Shown piece by piece: positions 17,701 to 24,883 of a stretch of DNA of 24,883 nucleotides. Where the stretch lies: assembly GCA_043801585.1 (NCBI GenBank), contig JAZDLX010000059.1, forward strand, positions 1 to 24,883, given 5' to 3'. Position numbers and translations under genes: made by a program. A model generated the notes under the pieces. It saw nothing but the letters and a program-made list of their open reading frames with translations, made no database searches and was not told the DNA's origin. Position 1 is the stretch's first letter, and each line of letters begins with the position of its first letter. The stretch comes from a bacterium. GTDB taxonomy: Bacteria; Electryoneota; Electryoneia; Electryoneales; Electryoneaceae.

Positions 17701-18027
17701 TGCGTAGGTCAGGCGAGCGGGAGCGCCACCGTTCGCCGGCATCAGGAAAACATCGTCGTCGTCATAACGTGAGGATGCGAACGCCAGCGTTTTTCCATCC
17801 GGGCTGAAGACAGGTGCTGTATCGTACGCTGGGTGGGCGGTCAGCCGGATCGCCTGCCCGCCGGTGGATGGCACCTTCCAGAGATCGCCCTGGAAGGAGA
17901 AAACGACTGTCGATCCATCCGGGGAAATGGCAGGGGTTCGCGGCATGAAAGGATGAACTGCCCATGCGCTCGATACGGTGAATAAGGAGATGAGCAGTGT
18001 TGACAGAGCACGTCGTGTGTTTGTCAT
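14782..18027 (-). CDS. Tricorn protease homolog (peptidase S41 with PD40 beta-propellers and PDZ), Sec signal peptide
   Basis: Signal peptide MTNTRRALSTLLISLFTVSSAWA; PD40 repeats (PAISPDG, PVFSPDG, PVWSPDG, WSPDSRW); MLGELNASH; PDZ (GLLVTGVLPYGP, PGDIVLKIDG); LIIDVRGNGGG; catalytic SYSNAEIF. Start moved to ATG 18027 after GAGGG. Confidence 0.93.
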   Translation of the reverse strand: MTNTRRALSTLLISLFTVSSAWAVHPFMPRTPAISPDGSTVVFSFQGDLWKVPSTGGQAIRLTAHPAYDTAPVFSPDGKTLAFASSRYDDDDVFLMPANGGAPARLTYASTNDIPQAFSPDGKTLYFSSARPFKFPMDRQIYKVSVSGGTPFRAFDFFADEASVFQDGSFALGIGRVKFGRRHYRGTYQREIYHYVPGSDPVRITDHPGYDMNPLAGPGNPVYWITDADETMTCNLWSMKADGSEKTQLTNFTNEDVRSAKISQGGSTFILEVGSDLYLLDNAPGAQPKKLEIDVAADLIQNPIVIEDKTGGADELSTSSDGAEYALIINGDIVFVSKELGGRATVPFASPSREQEIAFRPGGAKELLFISDQNGQQQLFKLTPKGDAESLREAKDFTITEMTGRETPAHHPVWSPDGEKILYTIGNGDLHVMDADGKNDKLLLARWHQKWSSFDYTWSPDSRWVALSVEDPDYNSDIWILPADSSGKPVNISKHPKEDFGPVWSEDGSLLAWTSSRHNRQHDVYAVYLRREDDEKTRVEWENWQKTRDKAKNDDEDKDKDKKKKKDKDKEEIPKVVIDFEDIHNRVRSLTSLPGNESVIAIHPKGDKFFFLTTIDGSTDLYSVDRFGEELTNVTSGDASPDAVQLVDGTFHFLKSGQPANVSMDGGSVESTDFSARLTVDRPARRLQAIQEGWRVMRDHFYDPDMHGVDWDSIKDKYFDWARNVADDSDFSDVVNLMLGELNASHMGYYQHWAGPRGDNDGWLGLRFDPAFAGPGLLVTGVLPYGPSDKVKSRILPGDIVLKIDGLDVGPDKNIFAALEKRSGMPTEVVLQRGKKTTERFEIVPAGLRDISNLSTDLWERDNRKVVETASDGHVGYVYITGMSWPEVERFEMNLFAAADGKDALIIDVRGNGGGWTTDFMLNILTQPQHAFTVGRGGEPGYPQAERQIFYRWEKPIAVLCDESSYSNAEIFSHAIKTIGRGPLVGNTTGGNVISTDGWFTLIPDAWIRLPQRGWYVWGDKANPDRNGMNEEGHGAVPDYLIVRTPADILNNRDPQLDKAVELMEAAAKEQERLPLPAPKE

Positions 18028-18318
18028 GATATACCCTCGGATGTGTACCAAACGGACGATTTGAACATGATGGTTGACTGAATGGGTCTTGCCGGCTCGC
18101 AAGAAAAACAAGGTAGTCCGGCACCTCTCCCCTCGCAACACGTCCCCTCGCCGAACCTCAAAGATGCCTTGCATGGATGAGGGTGCGCCCTGCAAATTGT
18201 CCCGATGCTCACGAAAGTGCATTCTGAAGGAAAGATGGCGATTCACGAGGAGTGATGATTCCGTCGGAAGCATTGATTATTTTTCTTAAACATTTGATAA
18301 ACGGAAGTTTCACTTACT

Positions 18319-19017
18319 ATGGTCGAACGAGGCCCTGAAGAGTTACTCTCTTGGATCGATGATCGACTGGCGCTCGAATCGCTGATCCGAAAGGAACAGG
18401 GGACGGATCAACCGTTGACCGCTCAGGGGCGTGAGACTCTGCTTGACATCGCTCGCGAGGCGAATCAGGTGCTGAGTCCCACCGCCTCCGAATGGGCACG
18501 GTACCTCAGTCTGACCCTCCCTCGGGGCGGTCGGTTTGCCATTCTCGTCGGTATCTTTGGACTCGGGCGTGGAGCCGCTGAGTTGGATGATCTTTTCGGC
18601 GAACGGCTTGGCGGCCTTTCACGCGCTCTCAAAGATCGTGAGCTGACGGATGAACTCGCCGCTGTTGTCGGTTGGTGGGCTCGTGACGACCTCAGCCGCA
18701 CGGGTTACCTTGAGGCGTGGGCCGTACGCGGGGAGAGTGTCTGGAAAAAACGCCTCTCGGCGATTGCGACCATCCGTTTCAATAAGGAGGGGCACAGCCA
18801 CCCCGCCGAGACCTTCCGGGTGATCCGCCACCTGATGACGACTGAGGATGGTGAACTTCAGGACGCGGCAGCGAAGGCAATCCGTCAGGTCGAGGATACC
18901 GAGCAGGTGGAACGGTTTCTCGCCTGGTGGGCTCCGAGAATATCAAAAGATCTTCTGGAACACGCCGCACTGGCTCTCGACGAGGAGAGCCGCAAAAAAA
19001 TTCTCGAGCTGGCCTGA
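18319..19017 (+). CDS. AlkD-like HEAT-repeat protein (DNA alkylation repair family), divergent
   Basis: Helical repeats LTDELAA...LEAWAVRGESVWKKRLSAIA...LMTTEDGELQDAAAKAIRQV...VERFL match the C-terminal pattern of the DNA_alkylation family. Confidence 0.6.
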   Translation: MVERGPEELLSWIDDRLALESLIRKEQGTDQPLTAQGRETLLDIAREANQVLSPTASEWARYLSLTLPRGGRFAILVGIFGLGRGAAELDDLFGERLGGLSRALKDRELTDELAAVVGWWARDDLSRTGYLEAWAVRGESVWKKRLSAIATIRFNKEGHSHPAETFRVIRHLMTTEDGELQDAAAKAIRQVEDTEQVERFLAWWAPRISKDLLEHAALALDEESRKKILELA

Positions 19018-19046
19018 AAAGGGTCGGTAAACCTCAACAAATCGGA

Positions 19047-20324
19047 ATGATGTCAAGTCTGCTGATAAAAAACACTGTACTCGATGGAAAACCGGTCAAC
19101 ACCGTCTGCGATGACGGCCGGATCACCTCCATCGGTGCGAACACCCCCGACGTGGATACCGTTCTCGACGCTCACGGGATGATCGCATTTCCGCCGTTGA
19201 TCAACAGTCACACCCACTCGTCGATGACGCTGTTTCGCGGCAACGGCGATGACCTGCCGTTGATGGAATGGCTGACAAAACGAGTCTGGCCTTACGAAGC
19301 CGGAATCCGGAAGGAAGAGATTTACTGGGGAGCCAAGCTGGCGATTCTGGAGATGATCCGTGCCGGGACGGTTTTTTTCAACGATATGTATTGGGATTTT
19401 CCAACCATCGCCCAGGCAGTCGAGGAAATGGGCTCCCGGGCGATGCTGGCGACCGCGATCATCGACATCGGAAATGGATTTTCCCTCGAGGATCAGATCC
19501 GGCGCAACGACGAGATGTTCAAGACATCCCGTGACTTCAGCGATCGCGTTCAATTTGCCGTCGGGCCGCACTCGATCTACACAGTCAGCGAGAAGGGGTT
19601 GCGCTGGGCGAAAGAATTTGCCGATGAACACGGCATCGTTCTGCACACCCACCTTGCGGAGACCGAGCAGGAAGTGAAGAACTGTTACAACGAACACCAG
19701 TGCAGCCCGACAGAGTATCTTGACCGGATGGGCGTCATCGACGAACGGTTGGTCGCTGCTCATACGGTCTGGCTTTCGGACAGCGACATCGCCACTCTCG
19801 GCGAAAAAAAGGCTGTCTGCGTTCATAATCCTGTCAGCAACATGAAGCTGGCGGTGAACGGGGTGTACCCGTATCGGAAGCTGCGCGACGCCGGTGCGGT
19901 TACAGCGATTGCCACCGATGGCGCCGGTACGAACAACAACCTTGACCTGTTTGAAGAGATGAAAATAGCAGCATTGCTTCAAAAATTCGCCGAGAACGAC
20001 CAGACAGCTCTTCCTGCGGCGGAAAACTTGGCGATGGCGACGAGCAATCCGGCGCCTGTCTTCGGACTGGAGGGAGGGGTTCGCGAGGGTGGAGTTGCGG
20101 ACCTTATTCTGCTCGACACCTCACTTCCAGAAATGAACCCGCCCCACGACCTTGCTTCGCACCTTGTGTATGCGGTCAACGGCAATGTTGTGGACACAGT
20201 CGTTTGTAATGGAAAGATCCTGATGAAACATCGCGTAGTCGAGGGAGCAGAAGAGATCATCGCGCGTGCAAATGAGGCCTCACGAAATCTGTTTGCACGT
20301 GTGGACAACGCGACACGGGGTTGA
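19047..20324 (+). CDS. Metal-dependent amidohydrolase, MTA/SAH/5'-deoxyadenosine deaminase-like (MtaD/DadD)
   Basis: NSHTHSSM (HxH), FRGNGDDLPLMEWL, GT..FNDMY, GPHSIYT, HTHLAET, AAHTVW, HNPVSNMKLA, TDGAGTNNNLDLFEEMK. Start is 19047 or 19050. Confidence 0.85.
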   Translation: MMSSLLIKNTVLDGKPVNTVCDDGRITSIGANTPDVDTVLDAHGMIAFPPLINSHTHSSMTLFRGNGDDLPLMEWLTKRVWPYEAGIRKEEIYWGAKLAILEMIRAGTVFFNDMYWDFPTIAQAVEEMGSRAMLATAIIDIGNGFSLEDQIRRNDEMFKTSRDFSDRVQFAVGPHSIYTVSEKGLRWAKEFADEHGIVLHTHLAETEQEVKNCYNEHQCSPTEYLDRMGVIDERLVAAHTVWLSDSDIATLGEKKAVCVHNPVSNMKLAVNGVYPYRKLRDAGAVTAIATDGAGTNNNLDLFEEMKIAALLQKFAENDQTALPAAENLAMATSNPAPVFGLEGGVREGGVADLILLDTSLPEMNPPHDLASHLVYAVNGNVVDTVVCNGKILMKHRVVEGAEEIIARANEASRNLFARVDNATRG

Positions 20325-20328
20325 AGCC

Positions 20329-21738
20329 ATGGCAAAGCAGGTAAAGAACGAAACACCGGTGCCTGAAGAGCCGATGCCTCCCGTTGAGGGGAGCGAGGAG
20401 CCCACGAACGGGAATGGGGTGAACGAACCTAAAGATGAAATACCCACCCAACCCGTGCGTCGAGCGTTGTACCACGCCTGGCGGTTCACGCAGATCACCT
20501 TTCGAGAGATCCTCTCCGATCGGATTCCGTTGAAGAGCATGGCATTGACATTCGCGACGTTGCTCTCGATCATCCCGCTGTTGGCGTTCTCTTTCAGCCT
20601 GTTCCGGCTGTTCGGGGGTGGTGAGTGGTTTGCGGACACTTTGCGGCCATTCATCCTGGAGAATCTCGCCCCCGGTACGGGTCCGAGAGTTGCCGAAAGG
20701 ATACAGGAACTGATCGACAGCGCAGGCAGCGCCACCCTGGGAGGATTGGGGGTCCTGCTGTTGGTGATGGCTGTCTATTCGATCTTCACGGGGATCGAGA
20801 GCACGGTGAACGCGATCTGGGACGCCCGCAGCAGGGCTGGATCGCTTCAGCGGCTGCCGCTTTACTGGGGCATGGTGACGATCGTTCCGATCCTCGTGGT
20901 CGGTTCGCTCGCTATCAGCACCTACCTGCAGGCTGTCCCGTTGATCAGCGAAGCGGTGCGCAAAGTGGATGTCGGCGCGGCGTTGTTTAACCGCATTCTG
21001 TCCATCGTAATGGTTGTTGGCAGTTTCTTCCTGCTTTATCGGTTCGTTCCGGCGACCAAGGTGCGAACTCGCTATGCCGCGATTGGAGCATTGACCTCCG
21101 GCCTGCTTTTTGAAGGATTCAAGGCGACGTTCATCGTCTACACCGCCGACCTCGTGCAGTACGACGTTATCTACGGTTCACTCGCGATTTTCCCGTTGCT
21201 GTTGATTTGGGTCAACCTCTCATGGATTCTCGTGCTCGGTGGTGTCGAGATCTCATTCGTTGCACAGAACTACCGTTCCCTTTTGCACAAGCCAAAACAT
21301 GTCAAACTTTCCCGCAACCAGAAAAATGCCGTTGCCTATTTGTTGCTGAAGGAAGTAACCGCTGCTTTTCGCGCGGAACGTGAGCCGGTTGTTCTTGAAG
21401 AATGGGCTCGGCAGTGGCAGATCCCGCTGGGGTTGGCGAACGAGACCACCGAGCGGCTCCGCAACGGCGGCGTTATCGAACTCGCAGAAAAGGGATACAC
21501 CACGGTCCTTTTAACACGAGTCCCTGAAAAGGTTACAATCGCGGACATCGAAGCACTGCTTGCGCTCGAAACGGCGAACGAGTGGGAATGGCCGGGTGAG
21601 TCTTCCTGGCAATGGTTGCAGAATTGGATGAAAACGAGGGAAAAGATTTCCGTGGATTCATCCGAGGTGAAGAATCTTTCGGAATTGGTTCATCGCCTGA
21701 ACAACAGCTCGAGCAAGAGAAATCGGAAGCGGGATTGA
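20329..21738 (+). CDS. YihY/virulence factor BrkB family inner-membrane protein with C-terminal Rrf2-like winged helix
   Basis: ALTFATLLSIIPLL, IESTVNAIW, LLYRFVP, YDVIYGSLAIFPLLLIWVNLSWILVLGGVE; soluble tail (LEEWARQWQIP...LRNGGVI...LLTRVPEKVTIADI). Start moved to ATG 20329. Confidence 0.88.
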   Translation: MAKQVKNETPVPEEPMPPVEGSEEPTNGNGVNEPKDEIPTQPVRRALYHAWRFTQITFREILSDRIPLKSMALTFATLLSIIPLLAFSFSLFRLFGGGEWFADTLRPFILENLAPGTGPRVAERIQELIDSAGSATLGGLGVLLLVMAVYSIFTGIESTVNAIWDARSRAGSLQRLPLYWGMVTIVPILVVGSLAISTYLQAVPLISEAVRKVDVGAALFNRILSIVMVVGSFFLLYRFVPATKVRTRYAAIGALTSGLLFEGFKATFIVYTADLVQYDVIYGSLAIFPLLLIWVNLSWILVLGGVEISFVAQNYRSLLHKPKHVKLSRNQKNAVAYLLLKEVTAAFRAEREPVVLEEWARQWQIPLGLANETTERLRNGGVIELAEKGYTTVLLTRVPEKVTIADIEALLALETANEWEWPGESSWQWLQNWMKTREKISVDSSEVKNLSELVHRLNNSSSKRNRKRD

Positions 21739-21751
21739 CGGGAGAGGAAAG

Positions 21752-22960
21752 GTGATGAATGGAATCAAATTCACATCTCGCAATATGCTTTTGGTTTGGC
21801 GAAAGGAACTGCTGGACATTGTTCGGGATCGCCGGACGTTGATGTCGATGATCGTTGTGCCGCTGCTGCTGATGCCGGTGATGATGCTTGGAATCGGTGC
21901 TCTGATGGCCTCCTCGATGCAGGATCTCGAAAGCCGGACGTACTCGGTGGGGCTGGTCAATCCACGGATTGCGCCGGAAGTGGCGGATGCACTCCGTGAT
22001 GTTGAGAAAATTCAGGTCGTCCCGGTGGATTCCGAAGACGAACTGAGAGGACTGATCACCGATGGTGTCCTCTCAGCCGGTGTTGCCGTGCGCGAAGACC
22101 AAGCGTCAAATATCCCGACGGTTGTTGTTTACTCCCGCAAAAGCAAGGAAGCCTCCCGAATCGCCGGGGAACGCCTGCGGTCCAGGATGGATGACCTGCG
22201 CAATGAACTTTCATCGAGATGGCTCGAGCGCATCGGGGCACCGCTCACCGTCCTCGATCCGATCGAAATTACATCCGAAAACCTTGCGAGTAGTTCGGAA
22301 ATGGCGAAATCCAGCCTGGCCAGTTTCCTGCCCTACATGCTGATTCTGATGGCGATCACCGGGGCGATCTATCCCGCAATCGACATGACAGCGGGTGAGA
22401 AGGAGCGTTCGACCCTGGAAACAATTCTCGCCAGCCCGGCTGCGCGGAGCGAGATCGTGCTCGGCAAGTTTCTCGCTGTGATGACAACGTCGATCATCTC
22501 GACGTTGATCTCACTGACATCCTTCTTTGTGGTTCTTGGAGGAGGATTGAAATATTTTGGAGCGCAGTTCGGTGAAACGCTGACCTTCTCCATCAGTGCC
22601 GGAACCGTGTTGCAGGCCGTCGCCCTGATGTTGCCTCTGGCGGCGCTGTTCTCGTCGGTCCTGATCGCCATTGCGATCAACGCCCGCAGCAGCCGTGAAG
22701 CTCAAAGTTACCTGACACCACTGATGTTCCTGGTCATCGTTCCGGCGATGACCTCGATGCTTCCCGGCAGCGAGGGTTCCGCCGGGAAAGCGTGGATACC
22801 GGTGGTCAACGTTTCGCTCGCCCTGCGGGATGCCCTCAACGGCGAGACAGATCCTCAATTCTTCCTCCTCGCGGTATTCTCGACATTGATCTACGCTGCA
22901 CTCGGGATTGCGTTGACCATCCGCATGTTCCAGCGGGAAAATGTATTGTTCAAGGTCTGA
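21752..22960 (+). CDS. ABC-2 type permease, NatB-like
   Basis: VWRKELLDIVRDRRTL, YPAIDMTAGEKERSTLETILASP...IVLGKFLAV, ARSSREAQSYLTP, WIPVVNV; multiple TM segments. Confidence 0.88.
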   Translation: MMNGIKFTSRNMLLVWRKELLDIVRDRRTLMSMIVVPLLLMPVMMLGIGALMASSMQDLESRTYSVGLVNPRIAPEVADALRDVEKIQVVPVDSEDELRGLITDGVLSAGVAVREDQASNIPTVVVYSRKSKEASRIAGERLRSRMDDLRNELSSRWLERIGAPLTVLDPIEITSENLASSSEMAKSSLASFLPYMLILMAITGAIYPAIDMTAGEKERSTLETILASPAARSEIVLGKFLAVMTTSIISTLISLTSFFVVLGGGLKYFGAQFGETLTFSISAGTVLQAVALMLPLAALFSSVLIAIAINARSSREAQSYLTPLMFLVIVPAMTSMLPGSEGSAGKAWIPVVNVSLALRDALNGETDPQFFLLAVFSTLIYAALGIALTIRMFQRENVLFKV

Positions 22961-23022
22961 TCATGTGACAGGAGGCGGCCCGCGTACCGGGGATGGGGTG
23001 CTGTCCGGCCGTTTGAACCCAG

Positions 23023-24357
23023 ATGAAGTCTGATCAAATTCAATTGTCCCGGCAGCCCGTTCCAGGTGGCGTTTTCATTGAAACCTACGGTTGCCAGATG
23101 AATCTCGTGGACAGCGAGATTGTGATGGCAATGCTCGAGGAACGCGGGTACCGTCGGGTGGACCATCCCGACCAGGCGGAATTGGTTTTGATCAATACCT
23201 GCGCGGTTCGTGAACACGCGGAAGTGCGCGCGATCAACAACATCGTCCGTTTCAGGCGCTTGAAGGAAAACGGCCGTAACACCCGGATTGGCGTGCTCGG
23301 TTGCCTTTCCAGGTACGCAGCGAAGGAATTGGCCGGAACCCTGTCGTTCCTCGATTGGATTATCGGCCCTGACGCCTACCGCCGTCTCCCCGGTCTGTTG
23401 GCGGAACCGTCACCTGAAATTCCGCTGATTCTCCTGGGGAATCACACCGAGGAACTCTACGATGACATCCTGCCATCCCGGCGAAGCGGCATCAACGCCT
23501 GGGTGACGATCTCGCGGGGTTGTGACAACCACTGCACCTATTGTGTTGTTCCGGCAACCCGTGGCCACCTCCGTCACAGACCGGCAGAGTCCATTCTGGA
23601 AGAAATCAAGACTGCGATTCCACAGGGATTTGTCCAGGTTACGCTGCTCGGGCAAAACGTGAACAGTTACACGGATGGCGAACTGGATTTTGCGGGACTG
23701 ATGGAAAAGGTTGCGTCTTTGCCGGGATTGAAACGCCTCCGTTTCATGACGTCACATCCGAAAGACCTGTCTGACAATCTGATCGACGTTCTTGCATCGG
23801 GCGGCCCGATCTGTCCGGAGCTGCACCTTCCGCTGCAGGCGGGAAGTGATCGTGTGCTGAAACGGATGAACCGGGTGTACACGGCGGACCATTACCGGAA
23901 ACTCGTGGATCAGGCGCGGACTCGGATTCCTGACTTGCAGCTTTCGACTGATCTCATTGTCGGATTTCCCGGGGAGAGTGAAGCAGATTACCTGGAAACG
24001 GAGAATCTGGTGCGCGAGATCGGTTACGACGACGCATTCATCTACAAGTATTCGGAACGCCCGAACACTCCCGCCGCAAAGCTTGTGGATGACGTCGCCG
24101 ATGAAGAGAAGGTGCGCAGGTTAATGCTCCTGAACGAAATTGTTCGTGCCAGTGGCCAGGCTCGACGCCTTCAGCAAGTGGGAAGGACCGAGTCCGTTCT
24201 CATCGAGGGACCAAGTTCCCGCGACGAGAGCGAACAGATGGGAAGAACACCTTCGGGGTACGTTGTGATCGTTCCTGGTGCGTACCTTTCGGGAGCAGAA
24301 CTCGATGTGAAGATCACAGGCCTGTCGGGTTACACATTGCGCGGAAGAGCCGTTTAA
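23023..24357 (+). CDS. miaB: tRNA-2-methylthio-N6-dimethylallyladenosine synthase MiaB (radical-SAM methylthiotransferase)
   Basis: UPF0004 cysteines (ETYGCQMN, INTCAVREHAE, VLGCL), radical-SAM motif GCDNHCTYCVVP, LLGQNVNSY, RFMTSHPKD, LPLQAGSD..LKRMNR, DLIVGFPGE, YSERPNTPAA, C-terminal TRAM domain. Confidence 0.93.
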   Translation: MKSDQIQLSRQPVPGGVFIETYGCQMNLVDSEIVMAMLEERGYRRVDHPDQAELVLINTCAVREHAEVRAINNIVRFRRLKENGRNTRIGVLGCLSRYAAKELAGTLSFLDWIIGPDAYRRLPGLLAEPSPEIPLILLGNHTEELYDDILPSRRSGINAWVTISRGCDNHCTYCVVPATRGHLRHRPAESILEEIKTAIPQGFVQVTLLGQNVNSYTDGELDFAGLMEKVASLPGLKRLRFMTSHPKDLSDNLIDVLASGGPICPELHLPLQAGSDRVLKRMNRVYTADHYRKLVDQARTRIPDLQLSTDLIVGFPGESEADYLETENLVREIGYDDAFIYKYSERPNTPAAKLVDDVADEEKVRRLMLLNEIVRASGQARRLQQVGRTESVLIEGPSSRDESEQMGRTPSGYVVIVPGAYLSGAELDVKITGLSGYTLRGRAV

Positions 24358-24384
24358 AGCAGCTCGGGCGAGGAGAACCGAACC

Positions 24385-24840
24385 ATGTGGATCGTTCGCT
24401 GGATCGTATTGCTTCTGATCATCGTAACCGTCCTGGGGTTTTCATTGCAGAACCAGGATCAGATGGTTACGGTACGGCTGCTGAGTTGGGAATCGGGACC
24501 GGTGCCGCTGTACCTGGCGCTTTTCATCGCTTTTGGATTCGGTATGGCCGCCTTCCTGCTGATCGCGGTTTTCCAGCAGCTTCAGACCCTTGCCGAACTG
24601 GGACGAGAACGGAAAATGAAGAAAAAGGTTGAACAGCAGCTCGAACAAACCCGCCTCGAACTTGAACAGTTGCAGGGGCAGCTTGAGGGCACTCACGACG
24701 AAAAACCCGTCCTCATCGATGAACCGCCTTCGCTCAGCGAAGATGCGGACCTCGAGCCTGTTGAGCATCCCATCGGGGCGAAACCGAAGAAGAAAACGGA
24801 ACTGCGAAAACCGAAGCGAAATATCAGCAGGGAAAGATAG
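24385..24840 (+). CDS. LapA-family (lipopolysaccharide assembly protein A-like) membrane protein
   Basis: TM1 (IVLLLIIVTVLGFSLQNQDQMVTVRLL), PLYLALFIAFGFG TM2, then a coiled coil and a charged tail. GAGGAG RBS. Confidence 0.8.
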   Translation: MWIVRWIVLLLIIVTVLGFSLQNQDQMVTVRLLSWESGPVPLYLALFIAFGFGMAAFLLIAVFQQLQTLAELGRERKMKKKVEQQLEQTRLELEQLQGQLEGTHDEKPVLIDEPPSLSEDADLEPVEHPIGAKPKKKTELRKPKRNISRER

Positions 24841-24860
24841 AATCGAAGCATCCAGGAGAA

Positions 24861-24883
24861 ATGGAAACCCCGGTGATAACCGG
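24861..24883 (+). CDS. Probable start of the next gene (METPVIT..., truncated by the window end); product unknown
   Basis: CAGGAG RBS 2-3 nt before ATG 24861; frame is open to the end of the window. Confidence 0.45.

Noticed and set aside
18128..18151. TCCCCTCGC direct repeat in the divergent tricorn/AlkD-like intergenic region
   Set aside because: Only two 9-bp copies; it could be an operator but cannot be told from chance.

Overview
Bacterial chromosomal window of mostly housekeeping genes. A protein with a T9SS/Por type-A-like C-terminal sorting domain suggests an FCB-superphylum host (inference). Gene order: pdxT (partial), pdxS and kbl on the minus strand; malQ; a tightly packed plus-strand block topA-xerC-hpf-hprK-PTS EIIA(Man)-EIIB(Man/Sor)-mlaD; an AT-richer 906-aa secreted protein (CE4/NodB-like barrel with an inserted CBM-like module); a tricorn-type S41 protease on the minus strand; then a plus-strand block of AlkD-like protein, MtaD-like deaminase, YihY/BrkB, NatB-like ABC permease, miaB and lapA. 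I saw no rRNA, tRNA, CRISPR array, transposase or phage gene, and no clearly new multi-gene system. The most unusual signals are: two long inverted-repeat (REPIN/MITE-like) elements sharing a 14-bp core that bracket pdxS; degenerate repeat remnants before the secreted protein; an apparently circularly permuted CBM-like insert in that protein; a permease-less PTS module; and an AlkD-like protein apparently lacking its catalytic tryptophans. All calls come from reading the sequence by eye; no searches were run.
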